Source: an uncultured Chloroflexia bacterium (lineage in GTDB: Bacteria > Chloroflexota > Dehalococcoidia > GIF9 > UBA5629). From it: 64,000 nt of DNA. The position numbers and the translations under genes are program-made. Under the pieces are notes generated by a model. It was given only the letters and a program-made list of their open reading frames with translations. It was not told the DNA's origin and ran no database searches. Where the stretch lies: the NCBI GenBank assembly GCA_963754385.1, contig CAVWGE010000005.1, positions 207,565-271,564 on the forward strand, in the 5' to 3' direction. Of the stretch, positions 20,161-30,147 are shown one piece after another (positions within the stretch are counted from its first letter, which is position 1; the number at the start of each line of letters is the position of its first letter).

Positions 20161-21690
20161 ATGGACGGCGAAGAGGCATTCACCCAATTAAGAGCGCAAA
20201 CAGAAGCCTGGCTAGCCTCGATCACACCAAGCGATTATCTAAAACTCCTTCGAATGCCTAAGAAGGATGATGTCAAAATCATCCGGGATGCTGTCAGTGG
20301 CTATCAGATTCTCGAACCACATGAATATCTTGTTCTAGACCATCCCATCCTGCAAAGGCTCCGTTATATTCACCAAACTGCTCTTGCCTATCTTGTATAT
20401 CCTACCGCCAATCACACACGCTTTGACCACAGCCTTGGATGTGCAAAGATTGCACAAGAGATAGGCGTCCATCTTATTCCAGAGGACAAGACGCGAATAG
20501 CGGAACTCAGGCTCGCCGCGCTCCTTCACGATATTGGGCACACCTTCTTTTCGCACTTGTCGGAGACAATTATGGAAAGCCATTTCAAGGATTTCTATGA
20601 CGCATTGAGCGAAGCCAAGGAATTTAAAGGGCTTAAGTTGAAACTTTCGGAGATGATGTCTTATCTCATCGTCACAAGTGAGACATTTCATAACTTCTTA
20701 GATAGGGTAGTCCATTACTATTATGAATCTGGGTTTGACCTTGATAATGTCGCAAATTTAATAATACACAAGCCTACTAATACACTTGCCTATATGGCAG
20801 ACATCATAAGCGGACCGTTTGATGTGGACAAGCTAGACTATCTGGTGAGAGATTGCTACTTCACTGGAATACGTGCAGATGTAGATGTTGAGCGTGTGGT
20901 GGTTTCCACAAGTCTGCTTGACAAGGACAGATTTCCGGCGACTGACCTAAAATGGCAAAGGCGCTCATTGGTTATGCAGACCGGTGGTGTGAGTATACTA
21001 GAGCAAATTACCTTCAATAAAATGCTGCTTTTTCCCGCAATTTATCACCACCATAAGGTTCGAGCGCTTGAGTGCATGGTCAAGTCAATCTTCGAAATCA
21101 TATGGGAAAATGGCCAAGTAAAAGATCGTCGGCTAAATTTTAAAGACATTCTTGATTTCTATAAATTAACGGAGCCGGAGTTTTTTACCTTGGCAAAAGC
21201 GGAACCAAAACTGGAGCCTATCATCAATAGATTGTTGAAGCGAGATTTATTGGAGCGATGTTTGGTGCTTTTACCTCGCTATGCGAAAGACCCTAGTGGC
21301 TGGAAACATTTAGGGAAACGCCATTATGAAGATGATCCCGGGCAGATAAAATGGCTACGTGAGTGTATCTGGCAGGAGTTACCAGGAGAAGTAAGAGGTC
21401 TTGTCAGTATATGCGATCTTTGGGTGGATATCCCAAAGACTCCAGACTTGGGTGACCCAGACAGGGCTTTTGTGGATATCGGCACCAATGAATTGCTTTC
21501 TCTTTCTGAATTCTTTTCCTATCCGCATTGGATTTCTGCCTACGAAACTAACAAATTAAAGGGACATGTGTTTTCATTATGTGCGCTAGAGATAAGGAAG
21601 ACGGTGAACAAGGTGGCCCAAGAAGTGCTGAAAGAACAGTTTGGACTAGAGTTTAAGCCCCGGGCCACTCTAGAGTGTAGACTCGACTGA
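20161..21690 (+). CDS. HD-domain phosphohydrolase, SAMHD1/YwfO/EF1143-like dNTP triphosphohydrolase
   Basis: IRD, LQRLRYIHQ, YP.A.HTRFDHSLG, AALLHDIGH.FFSH..E, DVDKLDYLVRD, IYHHHKVR. Confidence 0.9.
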   Translation: MDGEEAFTQLRAQTEAWLASITPSDYLKLLRMPKKDDVKIIRDAVSGYQILEPHEYLVLDHPILQRLRYIHQTALAYLVYPTANHTRFDHSLGCAKIAQEIGVHLIPEDKTRIAELRLAALLHDIGHTFFSHLSETIMESHFKDFYDALSEAKEFKGLKLKLSEMMSYLIVTSETFHNFLDRVVHYYYESGFDLDNVANLIIHKPTNTLAYMADIISGPFDVDKLDYLVRDCYFTGIRADVDVERVVVSTSLLDKDRFPATDLKWQRRSLVMQTGGVSILEQITFNKMLLFPAIYHHHKVRALECMVKSIFEIIWENGQVKDRRLNFKDILDFYKLTEPEFFTLAKAEPKLEPIINRLLKRDLLERCLVLLPRYAKDPSGWKHLGKRHYEDDPGQIKWLRECIWQELPGEVRGLVSICDLWVDIPKTPDLGDPDRAFVDIGTNELLSLSEFFSYPHWISAYETNKLKGHVFSLCALEIRKTVNKVAQEVLKEQFGLEFKPRATLECRLD

Positions 21691-21762
21691 AATTTTCAAT
21701 GTTGGTTATCCGGCTGCTGCAACTTAGCAAAACTAGATTCGCATAAACCTAAATATGGAGAA

Positions 21763-21793
21763 TCGGGGCGAGAGGACTCGAACCTCCGACCTC
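21763..21793 (-). repeat. att-like 31-bp duplicate of the tRNA-Pro 3' end
   Basis: tcggggcgagaggactcgaacctccgacctc is identical to 23113-23143. Confidence 0.93.
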
Positions 21794-21821
21794 TCTTACA
21801 GGTCTTAATTGTTCTGGCGTT

Positions 21822-21850
21822 TTGACATTTGTATTTTAAAATAGTATACT
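21822..21850 (+). promoter_or_regulatory. sigma70 promoter of the parA operon
   Basis: TTGACA(21822)-17 nt-TATACT(21845); the -10 lies inside the first 9-bp repeat. Confidence 0.75.
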
Positions 21851-21932
21851 GAGTATACGTAGTACACTGGGTTTACATAGTAATCAGAGTAAACAGAGTA
21901 TACAGAGCAAACGTAGTAAACGTAGTAAACAA
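21843..21932 (+). repeat. 10 x 9-bp tandem array, putative centromere/operator (parS/parC-like)
   Basis: AGTATACTG AGTATACGT AGTACACTG GGTTTACAT AGTAATCAG AGTAAACAG AGTATACAG AGCAAACGT AGTAAACGT AGTAAACAA, followed directly by the SD TAAGGAGG. Confidence 0.88.
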
Positions 21933-21946
21933 TAAGGAGGTATTTA

Positions 21947-22714
21947 TTGAGAATAATAAGTTTAACCAATGAAAAAGGTGGGGTAGGAAAAACGACATGT
22001 ACTTTAAACCTGGGAGCTGCCCTGGTTAGCCTTGGTAAAAAGTGTCTTTTAATTGACCTGGACCAGCAAATGGCTTTGACTTATAGTTTTGGTATACCAC
22101 CTGACCAAATAAAAGAGAGCATATATGAGGTCTTACGTGGAGAGGCTAAGCTGGATGCTGCTATGTGGGGGCAGCCCAATAACAACTTATTTGTCGTGCC
22201 CGCAAGCCCTAAACTGGCTGGTTTCGACGTGGAAATGGCTAACGAAGTAGGTAGTCAGATGTTATTAAAGGAAATCGTGTCCGGCGTCAATGGCTTTGAC
22301 TATATACTATTCGACTGTCCACCAAGTCTAGGTATGATAGTGGTTAATGCCCTTACTGCTGCCAGGGAGATTTTTGTGCCTATGCAAGCTGAATATTTAA
22401 GCATGCAAGGCATGGCGAGACTGTTAGAGATTGTAGAACGTGTTAAAAAGCGACTTAATAGCAACCTGGAAATAACGGGAATTATAGGTACGATGTACGA
22501 CCAGAGGCGTATTTTGAACAGAGAGGTTATTGCGAAAGTAGAGGAGCATTTCCCAGGCAAAGTTATAGGCGTAATTCGGGATTGTATAAGCCTGGCAGAA
22601 GCACCATCAAGGTGCTGGGATATTCTAGAATACAGACCGAATAGCCTGGGTGCTCAGGATTTTATGGCTCTAGCTCAGAGAGTAGTACAGATGGAGGTGC
22701 ATTATGGAGCGTAG
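21947..22714 (+). CDS. parA: ParA/Soj family Walker-A ATPase (no N-terminal HTH, type Ib-like)
   Basis: NEKGGVGKTT, LIDLDQQ, DYILFDCPPSLG, LAEAPS. Confidence 0.93.
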   Translation: MRIISLTNEKGGVGKTTCTLNLGAALVSLGKKCLLIDLDQQMALTYSFGIPPDQIKESIYEVLRGEAKLDAAMWGQPNNNLFVVPASPKLAGFDVEMANEVGSQMLLKEIVSGVNGFDYILFDCPPSLGMIVVNALTAAREIFVPMQAEYLSMQGMARLLEIVERVKKRLNSNLEITGIIGTMYDQRRILNREVIAKVEEHFPGKVIGVIRDCISLAEAPSRCWDILEYRPNSLGAQDFMALAQRVVQMEVHYGA

Positions 22715-23063
22715 GTTAGGCAGAGACCCTTTTGCTCAAAGTGGCTTAGATAAGATTTTTACGCCAGTTGTAGAGCAAGCGACTACACCTACTCCAAAGC
22801 CAACAATAGTTAAGGCAAAACCACGTATTAAAGCAAGTGGCGGGGTAAATATCCCCGACGTGTCCGCTGTTAGTACCTCTGAATCATCTAGTCTCTCTAC
22901 ATCAGCTAAAGGATTGCCAGAAGGCTGGACTAGAGCTACTTTTATCGTGCGTCAGGACCTGGTACACAAGGTAAAAAGAGCTGCTTATTGGGATAGGAGG
23001 CAGATTAAAGACTTGGTAACCGAAGCTTTAGACGCTTATCTGGTAGACAAAAAGACGGACTAA
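22704..23063 (+). CDS. ParG-like ribbon-helix-helix partition adaptor
   Basis: Overlaps parA stop; N-terminal RRLGRDP..GLD ParA-activating-like peptide, disordered S/T/P linker, C-terminal RHH-like TRATFIVRQDLVHKVKRAA...IKDLVTEALDAYL. Confidence 0.75.
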   Translation: MERRLGRDPFAQSGLDKIFTPVVEQATTPTPKPTIVKAKPRIKASGGVNIPDVSAVSTSESSSLSTSAKGLPEGWTRATFIVRQDLVHKVKRAAYWDRRQIKDLVTEALDAYLVDKKTD

Positions 23064-23112
23064 CCTTAGAGCGAAAAACACGGATTAACAGGGATTAACA
23101 CAATTTTGAATG

Positions 23113-23186
23113 TCGGGGCGAGAGGACTCGAACCTCCGACCTCAGCGTCCCGAACGCTGCGCGCTACCAGACTGCGCTACGCCCCG
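23113..23186 (-). tRNA. tRNA-Pro(CGG)
   Basis: CGGGGCG acceptor stem, anticodon arm CAGCG-TTCGGGA-CGCTG, T arm GGAGGTTCGAGTCCTCT; CCA not encoded. Confidence 0.96.
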
Positions 23187-23286
23187 CCACCGCATATTAT
23201 AAGCGGCTTTAATTTCTGGGGCAAGCAGTGGTACACTAACAGTGTCCATATGACGGTGAAGCGCAATGACAATGGACTAAAAGAAG

Positions 23287-24474
23287 ATGAAGTACTGTGT
23301 TCTTATAATCGACGGTGCCGCCGGCTGGGCATTGCCTGAGCGTGGAAATAAGACCTGTCTGGAGCTTGCCCATGTCCCGAATCTGGAGGCAATGGCACGG
23401 GAAGGGTTTGTCGGGCTGGTCCGGACTGTGCCGCAGGGGATGGAGCCCAGCAGCGCCTGTGCCTGTATGTCGGTGCTTGGCTATGACCCGAAGGTCTATT
23501 ACCGGGGAAGGAGCGCTATCGAAGCCAGGAGTATGGATATTCCTGTTGCCAAAGACGAGGTTGTTTTCCGCTGCAATTTGGTCGCCGTCCGTGACGGAAA
23601 GATGTGGAGCTATAGCTCGGGGCATATCGACACCGACGAAGCCCAGGCACTTGTCGCAGCTCTAAATGAAAAGCTTGGCAATGACAAGATACATTTTTAT
23701 CCCGGTGTTCGGTATCGGCATATATGCAAGATAAAAGGGCATGATGATACGCTTCTGGCTAACTGCACTCCGCCGCATGATATACCGGATAAGCCCATCG
23801 CTGAGTTTCTTCCTCAAGGCTCTGGCAGCGACCTGTTACGAGACCTTATGGAAAGGTCTAAAGCTGTGCTTAAAAAGCATCCGGTGAATTTAGAGAGGCA
23901 GGCTCGCGGTGATATTCCGGTGACGATGATTTGGCTATTCTGGGGCAGCGGGCGAATACCCGAGATGCCGTCTTTCAAGCAGATTTATGGCCTCGGGGCG
24001 GCTATGACATCCGGGGTTGACCTTCTCCGCGGCTTAGCCGGGATGGCGGATATGGCAGTGTTGGATATACCGGGTGTGACCGATGGTCTGGATAATGATT
24101 ACGCAGCCCAGGCGGTCGGAGCTTTGAAGGCGCTGGAAAAGTATGATTTGGTTGTCATCCACATTGAAGCACCGGATGAGGCAGCTCATGCCGGTTCGGT
24201 CGATGATAAGATAGAGGCTATACAGATGGTGGATAAAGAAGTTGTCAGCCGCATACGCTCCTGGAATCCGGATGCAATTCGGGTTCTAGTCTTGCCTGAC
24301 CACCCAACGCCGATAAAGATTCAGACTCACACTGATGAGCCGGTACCATTTATGCTCTGGGGTTCCGGGTTTGCCTCCAACGGGGCAAGAGGGTTCACCG
24401 AGACCGAGGCTAAAAGCACTGGCATCTTTATTGAAGACGGTTATAATATTATGATTCAACTGAAACGTATATAG
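23287..24474 (+). CDS. Cofactor-independent phosphoglycerate mutase family (ApgM-like; proposed homoserine kinase type)
   Basis: IIDGA, SVLGYDP.VYY.GR..IEA, TPPHDI, HIEAPDEAAH.G, PDHPTP; adjacent to aspartokinase. Confidence 0.85.
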   Translation: MKYCVLIIDGAAGWALPERGNKTCLELAHVPNLEAMAREGFVGLVRTVPQGMEPSSACACMSVLGYDPKVYYRGRSAIEARSMDIPVAKDEVVFRCNLVAVRDGKMWSYSSGHIDTDEAQALVAALNEKLGNDKIHFYPGVRYRHICKIKGHDDTLLANCTPPHDIPDKPIAEFLPQGSGSDLLRDLMERSKAVLKKHPVNLERQARGDIPVTMIWLFWGSGRIPEMPSFKQIYGLGAAMTSGVDLLRGLAGMADMAVLDIPGVTDGLDNDYAAQAVGALKALEKYDLVVIHIEAPDEAAHAGSVDDKIEAIQMVDKEVVSRIRSWNPDAIRVLVLPDHPTPIKIQTHTDEPVPFMLWGSGFASNGARGFTETEAKSTGIFIEDGYNIMIQLKRI

Positions 24475-24522
24475 GCAAGTAGAAACTGCTTTCCAGATAG
24501 TTTAGAATAGGCAGGAGGGGAA

Positions 24523-25734
24523 ATGGCACTAATAGTCCAGAAATACGGCGGTAGCTCGGTGGCCGATGCTGAGAAGATCAAAAATGTGGCTCGGCGCATA
24601 GTTGAAACCAGGGATAAGGGAAATGAAGTGGTTGTGGTTGTCTCAGCCATGGGCGAGACCACCGACGAACTGATTCAGCTAGCGAGACAAGTCAATCCAA
24701 AGCCTGAGGAGCGGGAGCTCGATGTCTTACTGTCAACCGGCGAGATAGTTTCCAGTACTCTCCTGGCTATGGCTTTGCATAGCTTAGGCTGTAAGGCGGT
24801 GAGTTTGAGTGGTTTTCAGGCAGGCATCAAGACCGATACTACACACAGCAAGGCTCGCATTCTGCATGTTGAACCCAAACGGGTTATTGAAGAGTTGGAG
24901 AAAGGCAATGTTGTTATTGTAGCCGGGTTTCAGGGAATGACTAAGGATATGGACATTACTACTTTGGGTCGTGGCGGCTCGGATACCACGGCGGTAGCTT
25001 TGGCTGCTGCGCTAAAGGCTCAGATATGCCAAATATACACAGATGTTGAAGGTGTGTTTACCGCTGACCCTCGACTTGTGCCTGGAGCTCGTAAACTCAA
25101 TGAAATAAGCTATGAGGAGATGCTGGAGCTGGCGACCTCAGGTGCCAGGGTGATGCATTCCCGAGCCGTGGAGCTAGGTGAGGTTTATAATATGCCGATA
25201 CTGGTAGCTTCCAGCTTCAGTGATAGGTCTGGTACTATTATTCATGGAGGTATTCCAATGGAAGTAAGAAACAAAGTGCGGGGTATTGCGCATGACCTTA
25301 ATGTGGCTAAGATTACTGTGGTCGGTGTTCCTGACCAACCGGGGATAGCTTCAGCAATCTTCGAATTATTGGCTAAAGCAAATATAAGCGTAGATACTAT
25401 CGTTCAAAATGCCAGTATTAACAAGATTACTGATTTAACCTTTACCGTAGCCAGAGGTGATTTGGATAAGGCAATGTCCCTGGTGCGGCCGATAGCCAAG
25501 TCCATCGGGGCTAAGGAGTGTGTCAGTGATTCGACTCTAGCCAAGGTTAGCATTATAGGTACAGGAATGCAGAATACGCCGGGCTATGCGGCTAATATGT
25601 TTCGGGCTCTCTCTGGACAGGGCATCAATATCCAGCTAATTACCACTTCTGAAATAAGGATAACCTGTATTATTGGTGAGGACAGGGTAGAGGACGCCGT
25701 TAGGACGCTACACAAGGCTTTCGAACTAGAGTGA
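24523..25734 (+). CDS. lysC: Aspartate kinase
   Basis: [28 protein letters not shown]...ADPR, two ACT domains. Confidence 0.96.
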   Translation: MALIVQKYGGSSVADAEKIKNVARRIVETRDKGNEVVVVVSAMGETTDELIQLARQVNPKPEERELDVLLSTGEIVSSTLLAMALHSLGCKAVSLSGFQAGIKTDTTHSKARILHVEPKRVIEELEKGNVVIVAGFQGMTKDMDITTLGRGGSDTTAVALAAALKAQICQIYTDVEGVFTADPRLVPGARKLNEISYEEMLELATSGARVMHSRAVELGEVYNMPILVASSFSDRSGTIIHGGIPMEVRNKVRGIAHDLNVAKITVVGVPDQPGIASAIFELLAKANISVDTIVQNASINKITDLTFTVARGDLDKAMSLVRPIAKSIGAKECVSDSTLAKVSIIGTGMQNTPGYAANMFRALSGQGINIQLITTSEIRITCIIGEDRVEDAVRTLHKAFELE

Positions 25735-25748
25735 GACGCGGCTTAGCG

Positions 25749-25967
25749 CTATACAGCGACAACTTCTTTTATATCGGATATTTCTTGTTTCAGTATCTTC
25801 TCTATGCTGTTCTTTAGGGTCATAGATGAGAATGGACAACCAGCGCAGGCACCAGTAAGTCTCAGGCTGACTATGCCTTCTTTAACGTCAACTAATTCTA
25901 CGTCTCCTCCGTCGGCATTAAGACTCGGTCTGATGTTGTTTAAGACTTCTTGTATTTTATCTTTCAC
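25749..25967 (-). CDS. NifU/NfuA C-terminal domain Fe-S carrier
   Basis: IRPSL.ADGGDVELV...GACAGCP.S.MTLK. Confidence 0.92.
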   Translation of the reverse strand: MKDKIQEVLNNIRPSLNADGGDVELVDVKEGIVSLRLTGACAGCPFSSMTLKNSIEKILKQEISDIKEVVAV

Positions 25968-26146
25968 AGGTTCTTCCTCTTGCTTTCGTTTATTTTTTTA
26001 TGAAAATAAGCTAACATAATCAGTCTGTTTTGTCAAAGTTAACTTTTTATTTAGCTTGAGGTACTTGACATTGTCCGCTTTTTTTGACACAGTGACTGCG
26101 GTAAAATAGTAAGGTTATTCTGGAGAGGTAATACAGAGGAAAAGCA

Positions 26147-26983
26147 ATGCCTGACCGTGAAGAAGATAAGGCTAGACTGAGACGAAAAGCCAGCCAGGAA
26201 GCTATTTCTCTGGCTATGCAGAGTCGGTGGCAGGAAGCAGTGACTGTCAATCAGAATATAATAGAGCTTTTCCCCACCGATATCGACGCCTACAACCGCT
26301 TAGGCAGAGCGTTTATGGAATTGGGCGAATTTGCCAAAGCTAAAGAGGCCTATAGCCGAGGTTTAAAGCTTGACCCGAATAATGCTATCGCTCAGAAGAA
26401 TCTACAGCGGCTGTCTCTGTTGCCAGCTTCCAAGGTTAAAGTAAAAGAGGAACGCCGTGAGGTCGCCCCGGACCTTTTCATCGGTGAAATGGGAAAAGCC
26501 GGGGTGGTAAACCTCCAAAATCCGGCACCGGCAAAGGTATTAGCCAGGATGGCTGCCGGTAACCAGGTTTATTTGAAGGTGAAGCGGCAGCAGCTTATCA
26601 TAGAAAACGAGCAGGGAGAATACCTCGGGCTGGTTGAGCCACCTCATGGTTTTCGCCTGGCTAGATTGATAGAGGGTGGCAATAAGTACGCTGCGGCTAT
26701 CGTGAAGATTGATAATAGTACTGTAAGGGTAATTATTCGAGAGGTATTTCAGCACCCAAGCCAGATTGGGCGTCCTTCTTTTCCAGTTAAGGCTGTCGAA
26801 GGTTTTCAACCTCATGTTAAAGATACTCTGCTTAGACACGAGGCTGGGGAAGAGGAAGCCTTTGAGGAGGGTGAGGAAGTCGAACTAGAAGAGGGTGAAC
26901 TCATACCCGAAGGCTTCTCAATATTTGAGGGAGTACCGCCTGACGAGGAAACGATGATAGAAGAAGAGTTCCCGGAGGAATAG
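26147..26983 (+). CDS. TPR-containing protein with acidic C-terminal tail
   Basis: AYNRLGRAFMELGEFAKAKEAYSRGLKLDPNNAIAQKNL; E-rich tail. Confidence 0.85.
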   Translation: MPDREEDKARLRRKASQEAISLAMQSRWQEAVTVNQNIIELFPTDIDAYNRLGRAFMELGEFAKAKEAYSRGLKLDPNNAIAQKNLQRLSLLPASKVKVKEERREVAPDLFIGEMGKAGVVNLQNPAPAKVLARMAAGNQVYLKVKRQQLIIENEQGEYLGLVEPPHGFRLARLIEGGNKYAAAIVKIDNSTVRVIIREVFQHPSQIGRPSFPVKAVEGFQPHVKDTLLRHEAGEEEAFEEGEEVELEEGELIPEGFSIFEGVPPDEETMIEEEFPEE

Positions 26984-27026
26984 TTAATTGCCTTTGAAGC
27001 CAGCGAATCTTTCAGGAGAAGATTAA

Positions 27027-29486
27027 ATGGAAGTCGGAGTAATAAAGCCGGTTATCATTGAAGAGGAGATGAAGAGCTCCTACCTTGCCTATGCCATGAG
27101 TGTCATAGTTTCTCGAGCTCTGCCCGATGTGCGTGATGGCTTGAAACCGGTGCACAGACGGATACTCTATGGCATGGATGGCCTGGGTCTCCGTCATACC
27201 AGTTCATATAAGAAGAGCGCTCGCATAGTCGGTGACGTGATGGGTAAGTATCATCCTCACGGGGATGCGCCGATATATGAAGCTATGGTCAGAATGGCAC
27301 AAGATTTTTCTATGCGTTACAGGCTTGTTGACGGGCAGGGCAATTTCGGCAGCATGGATGATGACCCGCCGGCGGCCATGCGTTATACCGAAGCTCGCCT
27401 GGCGAAAATTGCCGAAGAAGTGCTGGTTGATATTGATAAAGATACCGTTGATTTCATGCCTAATTTTGATGATAGCTTGAAGGAGCCAACGGTTTTGCCA
27501 GCCAGATTGCCCAATCTGCTGGTGAATGGCTCATCAGGTATTGCTGTAGGCATGGCTACCAATATCCCGCCTCATAACTTAAGTGAGGTGTGCGAGGCTA
27601 TCAGCTATCTTATCGATAACCCTGAGGCTGATGTTGAAGATTTGATGAAGATTGTTAAGGGGCCTGATTTCCCCACCGGAGGCATTATTTTAGGGCGGCA
27701 GGGTATTAAGAGCGCTTATGCCAGCGGGCAAGGAAAGGTTGTGGTTCAGGCTAAAGTTACCGATGAAAAATTGAGGGGTGGACGTCAGCAATTGATCATA
27801 ACCGAGCTCCCTTATCAGACCAATAAAGCTGCCTTGGTGGGAAGGATAGCTGAACTGGCCAGGGAGAGGAGAATCGAGGGGATAAGTGAGGTTCGCGATG
27901 AATCGGACCGCCATGGTATGAGGGTAGTTATAGGGCTGCGAAAGGATGCTCAACCCACCAAGATTTGCAACAACCTCTACAAATATACTCCCATGCGGTC
28001 CTCTTTCTTTATTAACATGTTGGCTCTGGTCGATGGGCAGCCTCGAGTCATTAACCTTAAGGAAGCTTTAACTTGCTATATAGATTTTCGTCGGGAGGTT
28101 ATCACCCGCCGTTCCCAGTTTGACCTCCAGAAGGCGAAGGACCGAGCCCATATCCTGGAAGGCTTCAGAATTGCCCTCGACCGCCTGGATGCGGTTATTC
28201 AGACTATACGAAAAGCAGAGACGGTTGATTCAGCTCGAGCCAGCCTGATGAAGAACTTCGACCTGTCTCAGATTCAAGCTCAGGCTATACTTGATATGCA
28301 GCTACGTCGGTTGGCTCAGTTGGAGCAGCAAAAAATAGTCGATGAGTATAGCGAAGTGGTCAAGAACATCGCTTATCTTGAAGACCTTCTGGCAAATCCG
28401 AAGAAAATACTCTTTCTTATTAAGCAGGATGCCACCGAGCTTAAGAAGGGGTATGGCGACCAGCGCCGCACTGCGATTAAACGGGAAGAGGCTGAGGAGT
28501 TTCAGGATGAGGACCTTATTCCCCATCAGGATGTGGTGATTACGCTTAGCGAACAGGGGTATATAAAGAGAATACCGGCTACAACGTATCAAAAACAGCA
28601 TCGGGGAGGTGTCGGCGTCACGGGAATGGTTACCCGGGAAGCTGACATGGTGAAGCATTGCGTAGTAGCTGATACTCATGATAACTTACTGCTGTTTACC
28701 AATCGGGGTAAGGTTTACCGGCTTAAATGTTATGATATCACTCAGGATTTATCGCGGACGACGAAAGGGACAGCTTTGGCTAACCTGTTGTCCATCGACC
28801 CGAAGGAGCAGATAACCGCATTGGTGGTGGCAAAAGATTTCACCCCCGGCTTGTTTATGGTTATGGCTACTTCGAGAGGTATAGTGAAGAAGACAAGTTT
28901 TGACAAATTTGCTTCGGTCAGAAGCAGCGGGCTTATCGCCATGAAGCTTCGAGGAGACGAAGAGTTGGTGGCGGCTGAGATGGTGACGCAAAAAGGTGAG
29001 GTCATTTTGGTATCTCAAAATGGCCAAGGTATCAGGTTTGCTGTAAAGGGCTTACGTCCGGCATCTCGGACTAGTGGTGGAGTGCGTGGCATCAGGCTTA
29101 GTTCCGGTGACTGCATGGTGGCGATGGGTGCCGTCTTTCGTGATGCTGACCTGCTTACGGTTACGGAGAACGGTTTTGGTAAGCGTAGCCGTGTGCGGAA
29201 CTTTCCCCTGCGGGCGCGTGGTGGTAAGGGTGTAATCGCCCATCGAGTTAATGAAAAGACGGGCAAGGTTATCGCAGCTAACCTTGTCCCTAGAAATCAG
29301 CACGTTATTATCGTTTCAGCCAAGGGCATTGTCATCCGTATCTCTGTGGATGAAGAGGTTTCGCTTCAGGGCAGAGCTACCCAAGGGGTACATTTGAAGA
29401 GGCTGGAACAGGATGACAGTGTGGTCTCAATCGCCTTTGTCCATCAGGGAAATAATAAGGGAGGCGACAAGGCTAAGGCTGGGTAG
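27027..29486 (+). CDS. gyrA: DNA gyrase subunit A
   Basis: [29 protein letters not shown], GyrA-box QHRGGVG. Confidence 0.97.
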   Translation: MEVGVIKPVIIEEEMKSSYLAYAMSVIVSRALPDVRDGLKPVHRRILYGMDGLGLRHTSSYKKSARIVGDVMGKYHPHGDAPIYEAMVRMAQDFSMRYRLVDGQGNFGSMDDDPPAAMRYTEARLAKIAEEVLVDIDKDTVDFMPNFDDSLKEPTVLPARLPNLLVNGSSGIAVGMATNIPPHNLSEVCEAISYLIDNPEADVEDLMKIVKGPDFPTGGIILGRQGIKSAYASGQGKVVVQAKVTDEKLRGGRQQLIITELPYQTNKAALVGRIAELARERRIEGISEVRDESDRHGMRVVIGLRKDAQPTKICNNLYKYTPMRSSFFINMLALVDGQPRVINLKEALTCYIDFRREVITRRSQFDLQKAKDRAHILEGFRIALDRLDAVIQTIRKAETVDSARASLMKNFDLSQIQAQAILDMQLRRLAQLEQQKIVDEYSEVVKNIAYLEDLLANPKKILFLIKQDATELKKGYGDQRRTAIKREEAEEFQDEDLIPHQDVVITLSEQGYIKRIPATTYQKQHRGGVGVTGMVTREADMVKHCVVADTHDNLLLFTNRGKVYRLKCYDITQDLSRTTKGTALANLLSIDPKEQITALVVAKDFTPGLFMVMATSRGIVKKTSFDKFASVRSSGLIAMKLRGDEELVAAEMVTQKGEVILVSQNGQGIRFAVKGLRPASRTSGGVRGIRLSSGDCMVAMGAVFRDADLLTVTENGFGKRSRVRNFPLRARGGKGVIAHRVNEKTGKVIAANLVPRNQHVIIVSAKGIVIRISVDEEVSLQGRATQGVHLKRLEQDDSVVSIAFVHQGNNKGGDKAKAG

Positions 29487-29510
29487 AGGCGCCTTTCCTG
29501 TTTGCAAGCC

Positions 29511-30116
29511 ATGGAAAAAGTGCTACAAATTCTGCAGGAATTCGGCTTGACTTTTGTGCCTCTCTTCGTGGCTATGGATGCCATCGGTGTCCTGCCCATA
29601 TTGGTTCCCTTGACGCAGGAAATGAAGACCAAGGAGCGCAGCCGAACAGTGCGTCTGGCGGTAATTACCGCTCTGGGATTAGGCTTAGGCTTCGTTGCTA
29701 TCGGCAAGGGCATTTTTATCTTTTTGGGCATTGAGGTATCCGACTTTCTGGTCGCCGGCGGGCTTATCCTTTTCCTCTTAGCCGCCAAGGAATTAATCAC
29801 TGGAAAGATGTTTGAAGCTCAGGCTTCGGTTGGAGCCGATATGCTGGGTGTCGTCCCCATAGGTACTCCTCTTGTAGTTGGACCGGCAGTGCTTACCACC
29901 CTGCTGATACTGATTGACCAGTATTCCATCATTATCGTGGTCGTTTCTTTCATTATTAATCTGGCAATAGCCTGGCTGCTCTTTGCTCAGGCTAACCGAG
30001 TGGTGGCTTTCCTGGGACAGGGAGGCGTCAGAGCCACATCTAAAATAGTCAGTCTCTTTTTGGCGGCTATTGCCATAAAGATGATTCGCCAAGGTGTCTT
30101 ACAGGTTTTAGGATAA
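29511..30116 (+). CDS. MarC family membrane protein
   Basis: FLVAGGLILF, VVPIGTPLVVGPAVL. Confidence 0.9.
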   Translation: MEKVLQILQEFGLTFVPLFVAMDAIGVLPILVPLTQEMKTKERSRTVRLAVITALGLGLGFVAIGKGIFIFLGIEVSDFLVAGGLILFLLAAKELITGKMFEAQASVGADMLGVVPIGTPLVVGPAVLTTLLILIDQYSIIIVVVSFIINLAIAWLLFAQANRVVAFLGQGGVRATSKIVSLFLAAIAIKMIRQGVLQVLG

Positions 30117-30147
30117 CGCTCAAACGCGAAGCTGAGCAGACAGATAG

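Larger units (their letters stand above)
21763..23143. mobile_element. Minimal tRNA-Pro-integrated element carrying only a partition cassette
   Basis: Flanked by 31-bp direct repeats (tRNA 3' end); contains repeat array, parA and RHH gene; no integrase. Confidence 0.75.

Noticed and set aside
21763-21793. Second tRNA gene
   Set aside because: Only the T arm and 3' acceptor strand are present; identity stops at the anticodon arm, as expected of an att duplicate
21843-21932. CRISPR array or replication iterons
   Set aside because: Units are contiguous 9-mers without spacers and there is no rep gene; position over the parA promoter fits a centromere/operator
23287-25734. ApgM-like gene next to aspartokinase
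   Set aside because: This association (proposed alternative homoserine kinase) is already recognised
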